DNA of 64,000 nucleotides. Origin: an uncultured Planctomycetaceae bacterium. GTDB taxonomy: Bacteria > Planctomycetota > Planctomycetia > Planctomycetales > Planctomycetaceae. The stretch covers positions 64,001-128,000 of the forward strand of contig CAWFAK010000013.1 of NCBI GenBank assembly GCA_963813715.1, written 5' to 3'. Below are positions 19,962-29,861 of this stretch, in pieces. The position numbers and the translations under genes are program-made. Within the stretch, counting starts at the first letter, position 1. Every line of letters begins with the position of its first letter. The notes beneath the pieces were generated by a model. The model worked only from the letters and a program-made list of their open reading frames with translations. It did no database searches and had not been told where the DNA came from.

Positions 19962-21236
19962 TTACCCTCGAAAGTGGCTTCGCCAGGCGGATTTCGTGCT
20001 TTTCGGCGTCTCGCGCTCCAGCGCGCCGATGTTGTAATCGTGGTACTCGGCGAAGTCTTTTTGGAAGCGGCTGACGATCCGCTGATCGACGACGAAGAGG
20101 TAGGCGAGCAGGGCCGCCCGAATCCACATGCCGTTAAGCGCCTGGTGGAAGTACATGGCCCGCGGGTCGTTGTCGATATCGGTCGGAATCTCGCCGATGC
20201 GGCTGTCCCGCGGGAACGGGTGCAGGATCGGGGCGTAATCCTTCATACGGGCGACCAGCTCCCGCGTCAGGCAGTACTTCGACAGGTCGAAGTTGCGATA
20301 CGCCTCCGCGTCGTCGGGCGTGTCGTGCTCGCGCTGAATGCGGGTCATGTAGAGGCAGTCGACCGCTTCGATCGCCGGGACGCCGTCGATTCGGTCCTCG
20401 AACGATTCCAGCTCGTAAATCTTGATGTGCTTGCGCATCAGCCGGTCGCGCAGGTCGCTTCCCAACCGCATTTTCGAGTGCGGCGGCGAGATGAAGCACA
20501 TCGAGACGTCGTCGAAGAGTGAGAGCAGGCTGGCCAGCGACCGCACGGTCCGGCCGCGGCCGATGTCGCCGCAGAAGCCGTAGAGCTTGCCGTCGAGGCT
20601 TTTGGTCAGGTCGGGGTATTTGCGCCGCAGTTCGTCGTCGAAGCGGTTCCAGCGCGACGAATCCTTGGGGTGTTTGAACTGGAACGTCCGCTTGATGGTG
20701 TAGACGTCGAGCAGGGCTTGCGTCGGATGTTCGTCGGCCCCCGAGCCGGCGTTTACGATCGGCGCACTCCGGTGATCCATCAAATCCAGATCGTTCATCA
20801 GGTACGCGCAGGACTCAGCAAAGTTGGGCACCACGCTCCGCATGATTACGATGTCGAAGTAACTCGAGAACATGCGGATCGAGTCGAAGGGGGATTCGCC
20901 CTTGGCTTCCGAGGAGACGGACGCGTCGCGGACTTCGTTGCAGGCGATGCCCAACATCTGGGCGGCGGCCGAGAACGAGAGGAACGTGCGGGTCGACGGC
21001 TGCGTGAAGTAGAGCATGGCCCGGTAGTTGGTCAGCAGGCTGCCGAGGAACCGCTTTCCCTCGCGAGATTTGTCCAACTGGCGGATCATATCGGCGATCC
21101 GCGCGAGGTCGTCGATCAGGTCGCGGTCGAACTGGGCGGAAAAGATCACGTGCCGCAGTCGCTCGCTGCGCTTGAGCTCAGCCAGCTTCATGTTGAGCGG
21201 CTGATTGAGACGCGACTCGAAGTCGTAGTATTCCAT
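19962..21236 (-). CDS. pyrB: Aspartate carbamoyltransferase catalytic subunit
   Basis: FTQPSTRT, SSEAKGES, HPTQALLD, GRTVRSL, YMTRIQRE, HPFPR; start MEYYDF with GGGGA upstream. Confidence 0.88.
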   Translation of the reverse strand: MEYYDFESRLNQPLNMKLAELKRSERLRHVIFSAQFDRDLIDDLARIADMIRQLDKSREGKRFLGSLLTNYRAMLYFTQPSTRTFLSFSAAAQMLGIACNEVRDASVSSEAKGESPFDSIRMFSSYFDIVIMRSVVPNFAESCAYLMNDLDLMDHRSAPIVNAGSGADEHPTQALLDVYTIKRTFQFKHPKDSSRWNRFDDELRRKYPDLTKSLDGKLYGFCGDIGRGRTVRSLASLLSLFDDVSMCFISPPHSKMRLGSDLRDRLMRKHIKIYELESFEDRIDGVPAIEAVDCLYMTRIQREHDTPDDAEAYRNFDLSKYCLTRELVARMKDYAPILHPFPRDSRIGEIPTDIDNDPRAMYFHQALNGMWIRAALLAYLFVVDQRIVSRFQKDFAEYHDYNIGALERETPKSTKSAWRSHFRG

Positions 21237-21365
21237 GGCTTCCCCGCCTTCCCTGCCATGTGCGTGCCGCCGGACCTGCATGCCCGGCACCCGAACCCCC
21301 AGCACAACTATATCAGCGGCCGACCCCGCGACCAATCACCCGGCAAACCAAGCAGTCTGCCCGCG

Positions 21366-23801
21366 CTACTTAATCTTCCCCGCATAGGAAAGGTCCTGCA
21401 GCAGGGCGTAGCGGATGACGTTGAAGGCGATACGGACCGCGTCGGCATGGTCGTAACCGGCGCAGGCGACGGAGGCCTGCCGCTCGAGGGCGCAGCTCAG
21501 GTCATACTTGCTGTAGATCACGCAGTAGCGACCGTTGACCTCGATGCCTTCCAGGTAAGGTTCCCCCTCCTTGAAGGTCGAATCGAGCGGGTCGTTCGCG
21601 TTGCCGCTCTGCGGAATGCGACGTTTCACCCGTTGGATGGGGAAGCCGATTCCCGATGAGAAAAGCTCGTGCGTGATCGGAATCCGTTCGAGCTTTTTAT
21701 CGGGGAAGATCTGGTGGACCATTTCGCGAAAGCTCTTGTCGAACTGCGGCGAGCCACAGCAGCTGTCGGCGAAGAGCACGGCGCCATTCTGGAGATATTT
21801 GCGGAGGTTCTGGATTTCCTGCGGGCCCAGCTCGAACGTGGCCCGGCCGTGCATGTAGGCGAGCGGATAGCGGCGGAGCTGCGGATCGCTGGGCAGCAGA
21901 TTTTTTTGCTGAGTCGACGCCTTCACGCCGGACCGCTCATTGAGGGCCATCAGCACGTTGTAGAGGGCTCGCGGAGCCGCGTCCCAATCGCCGGTGTGCC
22001 GGAGCTTGGCGACTTGCAGCAATCCCCGTTGGATGTGGTCTTGCGGTCCGGCCGCCTCGACGTTTGGAGCGTCGAGCTTGTCGTAAGGCTCACGGCCCGT
22101 CGCGTAGGCCACCACGTTGGCGCCGACCTTCATCGCGTGCAGCACGAGCAGATTGAAGGCCGCGGTCCGATTGGGGACCGGCTGCAACGACCACTTGTCC
22201 CACAGGCACGAGTGATCGCGGGGCGCGTAGACGAACGACGTGCGACAGCCGAAGTCGACTCCCAGGAGCTCCGTCCCTTCGGGGTCGAGCGGAAACTCGG
22301 AGCGATAAATCGGATGCTCCGGCGGCAGCCGTTTGAGTTGTGCATCGCCCGGGTAAATCCGCGCGACCAGGTTCTTGATGCCCTCGTCGAAGCCGGCGCC
22401 GTTGCAGTTGTCGACGGCGAAGATAAAGCCCCCTTGCTCGATATAGGCCCGCAGCAGCTTCACCTGGGGCTCGGTGAACTTCGGCTCGTCCAGTCCGCTG
22501 AGATAGAGAATGGGCGCCTGCAACAAATCGCGGACGCTGCCGGTTGCCTCGACCTTGTCGAGATCGACCTGCTGATAGGTCAATAGCTTGGGCCACTTCG
22601 GCAAACCGCTGACGTAATCGGTGAGGTTGCGGGCGTCGTTCGGGTGCAGATTCCAGTTCGGCGGCTGCGCTGGTCCTCCGTAATTGAGCTTGTTGATCAG
22701 AACCGGGGCGAGCCCCTTCGACAGGAACAACAGGGCGAAACTCGACCCAATCAACGGGTCGGCTTCGACACCGGCCGACGTGCTCCAGCTGCCGTCGCGC
22801 CGCGACTGCCGCTCGATCAAGTAAGCGGCCCCTTCGCGATACCAGTCGTGATTGCCAAAGAACCGCTGGCCCGACAGCCGTCCCGCCCGCTCGATGCCGT
22901 AAAGGTAGTAGAGGACCCAACGGCCCCCTTGCTCGCCCGGGTTGACGCCCACGGCGAAGTAGCGCGACAGCCATTGCTGGGCCCGCCGCAGGGCCTCCGT
23001 GGTTCGGTCGTTGCGATCACAGCACTTGGGCGAGCCGTCGGCGTTGGTGTCGTCGCCGATCGAGCCGAGCATCTGCTCGCAGATCACGATGGAGCCGATG
23101 CCCGCGCACGTCATGCTGCCCGTGCTGTGCTGATTAATCTGATAGCCCCAGCCGCCGTCTTCGTTTTGCGTTTTCAGGAAATGTTCGAGCGTGCGTTCCC
23201 AGGTCTTGCGGCCGATTTTGATCCCTGCAATGGCTGCTTCCCGGAGACCGAGGATGGCGAATTGCGTGTTGCTGTTGTCCTCCGAGGCGACGTGAAGGCC
23301 ATAGTTCCACATGCCGGAGGTCGGCCCCCCGTCTTTGACTTGAAAGTCCTCGAGCTGCGACGCGATTCCCGTCATGCGAATGCGGTCGGTATCCCACTGA
23401 TGGGCGGCGGAGAAGGTCATCAGCATCAGCGACTGCTGATAAGTCGCATACGCGTACTGCGGATCGGGAACGTGTCGCAAAAATCGCAAGCCGCGGACGA
23501 CAGACGGGTCGTCGGCCGGCACGCCCGAGGTCAAGAGGGCCAGCATCGACGAGGCGCGGTGGCGCCGGACGCGTGGCCGCCCGCCGGGCCCGCCGCCAAA
23601 CCCGTAGGAGCCCTCCGGGTTCTGCACGCGCATCAAGAATTGCTGCGCGGCACGGATTGATTCCTTCACGCGGGCCGCCGACAAATCCTGATCGGCCCGC
23701 GCCGACCGCAGCGGGGCGGTCGCCTGCCCGACGATCGCGGCGATCAGCAAGGCGTTCCAAAAACCGCCACATCGCCAGCGCATGAAAAATCGATTCCACA
23801 C
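21366..23801 (-). CDS. Exported protein with prenyltransferase/squalene-oxidase-like repeats and two DUF4159 domains
   Basis: Signal peptide; QNPEGS, QNEDGGWGY, DNSNTQFAILGL and YYLYGIER repeats; two segments LRxY(I/L)xxGG(F/V)xF(A)xxC; possible compensating indels near 23560. Confidence 0.82.
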   Translation of the reverse strand: MWNRFFMRWRCGGFWNALLIAAIVGQATAPLRSARADQDLSAARVKESIRAAQQFLMRVQNPEGSYGFGGGPGGRPRVRRHRASSMLALLTSGVPADDPSVVRGLRFLRHVPDPQYAYATYQQSLMLMTFSAAHQWDTDRIRMTGIASQLEDFQVKDGGPTSGMWNYGLHVASEDNSNTQFAILGLREAAIAGIKIGRKTWERTLEHFLKTQNEDGGWGYQINQHSTGSMTCAGIGSIVICEQMLGSIGDDTNADGSPKCCDRNDRTTEALRRAQQWLSRYFAVGVNPGEQGGRWVLYYLYGIERAGRLSGQRFFGNHDWYREGAAYLIERQSRRDGSWSTSAGVEADPLIGSSFALLFLSKGLAPVLINKLNYGGPAQPPNWNLHPNDARNLTDYVSGLPKWPKLLTYQQVDLDKVEATGSVRDLLQAPILYLSGLDEPKFTEPQVKLLRAYIEQGGFIFAVDNCNGAGFDEGIKNLVARIYPGDAQLKRLPPEHPIYRSEFPLDPEGTELLGVDFGCRTSFVYAPRDHSCLWDKWSLQPVPNRTAAFNLLVLHAMKVGANVVAYATGREPYDKLDAPNVEAAGPQDHIQRGLLQVAKLRHTGDWDAAPRALYNVLMALNERSGVKASTQQKNLLPSDPQLRRYPLAYMHGRATFELGPQEIQNLRKYLQNGAVLFADSCCGSPQFDKSFREMVHQIFPDKKLERIPITHELFSSGIGFPIQRVKRRIPQSGNANDPLDSTFKEGEPYLEGIEVNGRYCVIYSKYDLSCALERQASVACAGYDHADAVRIAFNVIRYALLQDLSYAGKIK

Positions 23802-23990
23802 CGCGCCCGGCCCGCGGCAAGCGACTCGACCGCATCGATTTGCCGTCCGTACAGCGAACGTCCCGCACTCGCGTGTCCCGAGTGCGCGCGACAGCCGATT
23901 GCATTGTACGAGCCGGGCGGGCGGCCGGCAGCCTTCTCCGAGTAATCGCAGCGCAGGCGGACTGAGCGAAACGATTGCGGCACTCGACGA

Positions 23991-24776
23991 TCAGTGCTTG
24001 CCGAGCTTTTCCTCGAACAGGCGTTGCATGCGGGTCCAGGAGCGTTCGTCGGCCAGCTTGTTGTACGACATACCCGGATTGCCGTGCGTGTCGGCGTCGG
24101 GAACGGTGAAGCTGTGGCGCGACTTGGCGTAGATGTCGAACTCGTAATCGGTCCCCGCTTCATCCAGGGCCTTGCGGAACTTGTGGATGGATTCGTCGGG
24201 AATGAACGAGTCGAGCGCCCCGGTGCAGATCACGATCGTCGGCTTGATCGCCTTGGCCTGTTCGGGAGTTGGCGTGGGCAGCGCCGCGTGGAACGTGATC
24301 ACGGCGTCGAGATCGGCTCCGGAATAAGCCAGCTCGAGCACGGTCGAGCCGCCGAAGCAATAGCCCATTGCCGCCAGGTGGGTCGCATCGCATTCGGGCT
24401 GTTGCTTGAGAATATCGAGGGCCGCGTTGGCTCGCTTCTGCCACTCGTCAATGTTCTGCCGCACGTGCGTGGCCATTTCCATCGCTTCGTTGGGGTGCTT
24501 GGTGAATTTGCCGTCGCCGTACATATCGCAGGCGAACGCAATGTAGCCGAGCTTCGCGAGCTGGTCGGCCCGGCCCCGCGCGTAGTCGTTGAGCCCCCAC
24601 CACTCGTGACAAACCAGCACGCCGGGACGTTTGCCCGAGATGGCGTCGTCCCAGGCCAGATGCCCGATGAACGTCTGGTCGCCGACTTTATAGGTGATCT
24701 TCTTCGTCTGCACGGCCGCTTCTCCCGAAACAATCAGGCTGCCGAACGCGATGAAAGCCAGCACGCAACGCAACAT
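23991..24776 (-). CDS. Dienelactone hydrolase family protein (exported)
   Basis: HEWWGLN, nucleophile elbow GYCFGG, HSFT; N-terminal signal peptide. Confidence 0.92.
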   Translation of the reverse strand: MLRCVLAFIAFGSLIVSGEAAVQTKKITYKVGDQTFIGHLAWDDAISGKRPGVLVCHEWWGLNDYARGRADQLAKLGYIAFACDMYGDGKFTKHPNEAMEMATHVRQNIDEWQKRANAALDILKQQPECDATHLAAMGYCFGGSTVLELAYSGADLDAVITFHAALPTPTPEQAKAIKPTIVICTGALDSFIPDESIHKFRKALDEAGTDYEFDIYAKSRHSFTVPDADTHGNPGMSYNKLADERSWTRMQRLFEEKLGKH

Positions 24777-24952
24777 GGTTCACTCCGCAGTCGTAAGGCC
24801 AATGAGGCGACCACGAGCGTCGTCCGCAGACGCCCACGGGCTTGCTCGCGGCGGCTGGGCGAATGATACGGCAATTGACACGGACGGGCGAGCAGCCGGC
24901 CGACGCAGCCGGAGCCACGCGACGTGACACAAAACTTTGAAGAAAAACCGGC

Positions 24953-24992
24953 TTGACAGCTCGTTGTATCACTGTACTATCAGACTAGTACA
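24953..24992 (+). promoter_or_regulatory. sigma70-like promoter with a YtrA-type operator
   Basis: TTGACA-N16-TACTAT; perfect palindrome TGTACTA-N6-TAGTACA at 24973-24992 overlapping the -10. Confidence 0.8.
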
Positions 24993-25068
24993 CGGCGATG
25001 GGAACGACCACGCCAGCCACAAAGTCCTCGACGCGTCGCCGTGGACTGCGGTCGCAACGGACGAAATC

Positions 25069-25464
25069 ATGTTTGTGCATGTCGACCCCTCCAACGGCAT
25101 CGCGATTTACGATCAGATCGTGCGGCAGGTGAAATTCGCCGTCGCCAGCGATGCCCTCAAGCCGGGAAATCTCGTGCCGTCGGTCCGCGAGCTGGCCCGC
25201 GACCTGACCGTCAATCCGAACACGGTCGCCCGCGCCTATCGCGAGTTGCAGGCGGCCAACGTGCTGCAGGCGCTCCGCGGCACCGGGCTCGAGATTACGG
25301 CCGTCGCTCCCAAGAAGTGCCAGGCGGATCGGGCCGCGCTCATTCGCAACCGTTTGCGGAGCGTGCTGGCGGAGGCTCGACAAAGTGGTTTGCCGGCCGA
25401 CGAGATCCGCAGCCTCGCCGACGAGGAGCTGGGCCGGCTCGAAACCCAGAGGGACCAGTCATGA
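25069..25464 (+). CDS. GntR family transcriptional regulator, YtrA subfamily
   Basis: IYDQIVRQ...VPSVRELARDLTVNPNTVARAYREL; ATGA overlap with the ABC ATPase. Confidence 0.92.
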   Translation: MFVHVDPSNGIAIYDQIVRQVKFAVASDALKPGNLVPSVRELARDLTVNPNTVARAYRELQAANVLQALRGTGLEITAVAPKKCQADRAALIRNRLRSVLAEARQSGLPADEIRSLADEELGRLETQRDQS

Positions 25465-26381
25465 CCGAGGCATTTTCGCTCCGCAACGTCACCAAGCAGT
25501 ACAAGTCGCAGCTGGCCCTCGACGACGTGACTTGCTCCTGCGAGTCGGGCGTGGTCTTCGCCCTGTTGGGGGAAAACGGCGCGGGCAAGACGACGGCGAT
25601 CAAGATCCTGCTGGGACTGCTCGATCCGAGCGCGGGCGAGGCCTCGGTGTTGGGGCTCGACAGCCGCAAGCACAGCCTGGAGATCCGCCGCCGCGTCGGC
25701 TATGTGCCCGATCAGCCGGCCCTCTACGACTGGATGACGGTCGACGAAGTCGGCTGGTTCGTCGGCGGTTTTTATCCGCCCGGCTATCAGCGTCACTACA
25801 ACGAGCTGGTCGAGCACTTCGAGCTGCCGCCGGGTCGCCGCATCAAGGAGCTTTCGAAGGGGATGCGGGCCAAGGTCTCGCTCTCGGTGGCAATGGCGCA
25901 TCGACCCGAGCTTTTGATTCTCGACGAGCCGACGTCGGGTCTCGATCCGATGGTCCGGCGCGAATTTCTGGAGAGCATGGTCGACGTCGCCGCCCAGGGC
26001 CGCACGGTGATCCTGGCCAGTCACCAGATCGCCGAGGTTGAGCGGGTGGCCGACTACGTCGCGATCTTGCGGCAGGGGAAATTGGTGCTGCTCGAGCAGC
26101 TCGACGCGCTCAAAGACCGCGTGTGCGAACTCACCGTCACGCTCCGCAACGGCGTCCCCGATCTGCCGAATGTGCCGGGCACCGTGCTGCATCGCGAACT
26201 CAAAGGGCGGCAGTGGCGGCTGCTCGTGCGGAACATGGACGAATCGCAGTTCGACGGCTTCCGCATCGCCGAAAACATTCGCAGCGTCGAGGTGCGTCGC
26301 CCGTCGCTCGAAGAGATCTTCGTCGGCTACATGAAAGGCGAGCCGGTGCCCGAAGCGCCGAGCGAAGTGCCGGCCCTGTAA
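25461..26381 (+). CDS. ABC transporter ATP-binding protein, YtrB-like
   Basis: GENGAGKTT, LSKGMRAK, LILDEPTSGLDP, ASH. Confidence 0.95.
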   Translation: MTEAFSLRNVTKQYKSQLALDDVTCSCESGVVFALLGENGAGKTTAIKILLGLLDPSAGEASVLGLDSRKHSLEIRRRVGYVPDQPALYDWMTVDEVGWFVGGFYPPGYQRHYNELVEHFELPPGRRIKELSKGMRAKVSLSVAMAHRPELLILDEPTSGLDPMVRREFLESMVDVAAQGRTVILASHQIAEVERVADYVAILRQGKLVLLEQLDALKDRVCELTVTLRNGVPDLPNVPGTVLHRELKGRQWRLLVRNMDESQFDGFRIAENIRSVEVRRPSLEEIFVGYMKGEPVPEAPSEVPAL

Positions 26382-26509
26382 GCCCGCGCCAGTCACGCGG
26401 CGAGGATAACGACGGAATGTTCAAGGTTGAGCCGCTGAAAATTTAAGACGGTGATTGAAGCGCGGATCGAACCGGGCCAAGTCGGAAACAGCGAGAGCCA
26501 GAGGGTCGT

Positions 26510-29500
26510 ATGAGTCGGGCGATCGTCGGCCGTATATTTTGGAAAGAGATCCGCGTCCAGCGCGCGTTCTGGTTCTGGATCCTGCTGCTGGGCGCTTTCG
26601 TCCAGTTCGTACCCAGGCTGCTGGGGCGGGACTGGTACATGTCGGCGCTGAGCAGTCAATGGTTCCTGTCGGTCAACATCGTCGTTTCCTGTTGTTTTGC
26701 AGCCGGCTCGGCGGCGATCGCCTTCGCGGGCGAGACCGAGGGGCGCACCAAGTCGCTCTTTCAGCGGATGCCCCTGCAGACCGCCGACCTGCTGGTGGGC
26801 AAGGTCGGTTGGATCCTTCTGGGTACGTACGCGCTGTTTCTGTTGCTGACGCTCAGTGGTGCCCTGTTGGGTGACGGCCGAACCACGTACTGGTCGAATG
26901 ACTTCGCTCCGCGGCTCGATTTGGCGATCACCTGGCTGATGCCGGTCCCCTTTCTCGTGGTCGGCGTGCTCTGCTCGCTGGTCCTCCGCGACGTGCTGAC
27001 GACGGTTGCCGTGGCAGGCATCGCGACGACCGTGCTGATGGGATCGCTCGCCGGTGAGCACCGGGCTCTGTTCCTGTTGTGTTTCGCTGTTTTGGCGGTC
27101 GTCGACGTTTTGGTGGCACCCGCGTGGCTCAAAGATGCTTCGATTGCACCTTGGCCGGCGTGGCTGCGACGATCGGGCAGTGCGGCGGCGTCACGTGGCC
27201 ATTCGACATTCAGCGTCCGCTCGCAAAGCGCGTGGCGGCGGACGGCCAGCAGCCTGATTTGGAAAGAGTGGCATCAAGCGATCGGCTTGACGCTGACGTT
27301 GGTTCTCGGCGGAGCCGTCGTGATCTCTGTCGTCGCCTATCTTTTCTGGCAAAACGGTCGCAACTTCGAGTTGAGCCTGGCCAGCCTGCTCCCAATGCTT
27401 CTGCTCGCGCTGCCGCTCGTGTTTGGCGTGGCGGCTGGACACTCGGATCGCCGCGACGGGGCGTTTCGTCTGCTGGCGCACCGCGGCGTCTCGCCGAGCG
27501 CTTACTGGCTGACGAAGCACGCGGTCTGGCTCGGACTCGCGCTGGCGACCTGCTGCGGCTTGCTCGGTTGGGAGCACGCGTTGTCCGAATTTCGGCCCTT
27601 TGTCAACAGAGTTCGCCTGCCTCCGTTGTGGGACATCGCACACTCCGCCGCGCACGCGACTTTTCAAAACGACAACAGCAACACGCCGGCGATCCTGGGA
27701 GTCGTCATTTTCGACGTCGTGCTGCTCTATTCGCTCGGCGCTCTCTGTGCGGCGATCATCCCCAGCACGCTCAGCGCCCTCGTGATCGCCATCATTGGTT
27801 GGCTGGGACTCTGCTTCTATTGGTCAGGCGCCGCGTGGCTGGAGCTGGTCGCCTGGTGGTCGCTCGGCATCTTGCCGCTGATCTTTCTGTTCGCCGGTTG
27901 GGTGCGGACTCGCGATTGGCTCGTCGATCGCAATTCGCTGGCGGCCTGGGGTCGCGCGGCGCTCAGCCTGGTCGTGCCGTTGTCCGTTATCGCCGGCACA
28001 ATCGTGGTCTATCGGGTCACGCAGATTCCGCCCGTCACTCTCCCGTTGGAGGTGCAGCAGTCTTCGCAGCCAACGACCGTCGCCGTGCATCCGCCCAAGC
28101 AGTCGCTCTTTGTCGATGCCATGCTGGCACTCACGCCGCGGCCGCCCGCGACCGACATGTCCGCCAGGCTCACGGCAGCCGACGGCTGGAAATACGCGGA
28201 TGAAGCCACGCGCGATTTTGTTGCCGCGAATGGGCCTGCGCGACGGCTGGCGCTCCAGGCCGTGCAGCAGCCTCCGGGCGACTTTCCTGCGGAGGCATGG
28301 CGGGGGATCGTTCCCAACAACGACCGAGGCTTTGCTGAATACCGCAACGACCGAGGCTTTGCTGAATACCGCGACCGGGTCGCGGATCTCGCTGCGCTGC
28401 TGCGTGATTCGGCCCGCAAGCTCGAGTCGGAAAACAAACTGGCCGAGGCGCTCGACAATTACATCGCAATGGCGCGGCTGGGGGACGACTTGGCTCGCTC
28501 GAACCGCGTGCCCGCACCGTACCATGCTCCGGCCACCGCGATGATGGCCATGGCCGCAATGGATCGGTGGGCGGCGCATCCGCAGCAAACGGTCGAGCTG
28601 ATCAAGCGGGCCATCAGCGAATTTCAACGGTTCGAGCAAGCGGCTGATTTCGGCTCAAGCCGCATTCTTGCGGCGTGGCGAGCCGAGCGGCAACTCTACG
28701 ACGACTACGTCTGGAAGGGGCAGAACCCGCATCCGCAAAACCGCTCTGCGGCCGAAATGGGGTTCGTTCGCTGGTGCCTGCCCTGGGAACTGGTGCGGCT
28801 GCAGCGGGTGGAAGATGCGGTGTACGCGCGAGTCCTCGACGAAACGCAGCTCGTCGAGCGCGAGCTGCATAATCGCGGATTTGTGGATGCCGGGCTGGTT
28901 TCCGCCGGCCGCTGGGGCGTTCCCTGGGCGTGGCTGAACACCACCTTCCCACCGCCGGACGAGGCGGTTGACGGAGCCCTCTGGAGAAACAATGGCGAAA
29001 GTGTCGTGAATCGTGCGGCCCTGGCCCGCCTGCATTTTGTCGCGTGGGCGCTGGCCGGTTATCGCCGCGAGCATCAACAGCTGCCAGAGCGGCTCAGCGC
29101 GCTCGTGCCCACGTATTTTGCCTGGTTGCCTGTCGATCCTTGGACCGGAAGCGAGTTTTTATACGAGCCGCAGGGAGTTCCCGCGCGACTCGACAGCGAT
29201 TTCGGCGATCATCTGCAGGCGTTACAGCCATTCGTCGCGAGCGCGGGACGTTTGGGCGCCCGCATCGACGTTCGTCAGATGACAGCGGGCCGGGTGCATG
29301 TTTCCATCGTCGATCATGGGGGGAGCCCGGTGGCGACGGAATCCGCAACAACGCCGCTGCAGCTTTCCGGCCCGGCCGTCGCCGTGCCGCCGTTGCCGAG
29401 CGACGAGCAGAAATTGCCGCACAGCGACCAGCGTGCTCAGGAGACGCGGTCCCAGAAAAAGCCCCACTCGCCAGCCCCGACCGAGAAGGCGCCGCCCGTC

Positions 29501-29584
29501 AAAGCGCGCCCAAACAAAGCGCCTGCCGGGCGATCTGGGATCGATCTCGCAAAGCCGACCGAAAAGGCCGCGCCAGGCAAGTAA
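26510..29584 (+). CDS. Large ABC-2-type permease with a duplicated membrane domain and a C-terminal extracytoplasmic domain
   Basis: Two WKE-initiated hydrophobic blocks (IFWKEIR, LIWKEWH), then a soluble helical region ending LPERLSALVP...LPVDPWTG. Confidence 0.8.
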   Translation: MSRAIVGRIFWKEIRVQRAFWFWILLLGAFVQFVPRLLGRDWYMSALSSQWFLSVNIVVSCCFAAGSAAIAFAGETEGRTKSLFQRMPLQTADLLVGKVGWILLGTYALFLLLTLSGALLGDGRTTYWSNDFAPRLDLAITWLMPVPFLVVGVLCSLVLRDVLTTVAVAGIATTVLMGSLAGEHRALFLLCFAVLAVVDVLVAPAWLKDASIAPWPAWLRRSGSAAASRGHSTFSVRSQSAWRRTASSLIWKEWHQAIGLTLTLVLGGAVVISVVAYLFWQNGRNFELSLASLLPMLLLALPLVFGVAAGHSDRRDGAFRLLAHRGVSPSAYWLTKHAVWLGLALATCCGLLGWEHALSEFRPFVNRVRLPPLWDIAHSAAHATFQNDNSNTPAILGVVIFDVVLLYSLGALCAAIIPSTLSALVIAIIGWLGLCFYWSGAAWLELVAWWSLGILPLIFLFAGWVRTRDWLVDRNSLAAWGRAALSLVVPLSVIAGTIVVYRVTQIPPVTLPLEVQQSSQPTTVAVHPPKQSLFVDAMLALTPRPPATDMSARLTAADGWKYADEATRDFVAANGPARRLALQAVQQPPGDFPAEAWRGIVPNNDRGFAEYRNDRGFAEYRDRVADLAALLRDSARKLESENKLAEALDNYIAMARLGDDLARSNRVPAPYHAPATAMMAMAAMDRWAAHPQQTVELIKRAISEFQRFEQAADFGSSRILAAWRAERQLYDDYVWKGQNPHPQNRSAAEMGFVRWCLPWELVRLQRVEDAVYARVLDETQLVERELHNRGFVDAGLVSAGRWGVPWAWLNTTFPPPDEAVDGALWRNNGESVVNRAALARLHFVAWALAGYRREHQQLPERLSALVPTYFAWLPVDPWTGSEFLYEPQGVPARLDSDFGDHLQALQPFVASAGRLGARIDVRQMTAGRVHVSIVDHGGSPVATESATTPLQLSGPAVAVPPLPSDEQKLPHSDQRAQETRSQKKPHSPAPTEKAPPVKARPNKAPAGRSGIDLAKPTEKAAPGK
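28319..28372 (+). repeat. Perfect in-frame 27-bp tandem duplication
   Basis: AACGACCGAGGCTTTGCTGAATACCGC twice, encoding NDRGFAEYR twice. Confidence 0.95.
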
Positions 29585-29784
29585 ACGTGCCGTCGTCCGA
29601 ACGAATTGCCAGACTCGAACGTTTCACTAACTCCCTAAGTCGGTCCCGTCTTCACAGCCGCCACGAACCGCTCGCCTGCTGCTTGCACGCACGACAGCAT
29701 CGCCCGCGGTTCGTGGCATTTTTTGTCCTCCGCTTGCTCCTCTCGTCGCTCCGTTCCGCTGGCTTGACTCCGGCATCCTCGGGC

Positions 29785-29836
29785 TTGACGGCCATACCTA
29801 AGCTGGTTAGGCTTCATGCCTAGTCTGCCAAGGTAT
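29785..29836 (+). promoter_or_regulatory. sigma70-like promoter with two tandem PadR-type operator palindromes
   Basis: TTGACG-N17-TAGGCT; ATACCTA-N7-TAGGCTT (29794-29814) and ATGCCTA-N7-AAGGTAT (29816-29836). Confidence 0.7.
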
Positions 29837-29861
29837 CACGGCCCGACGGGAACCGGAGATC

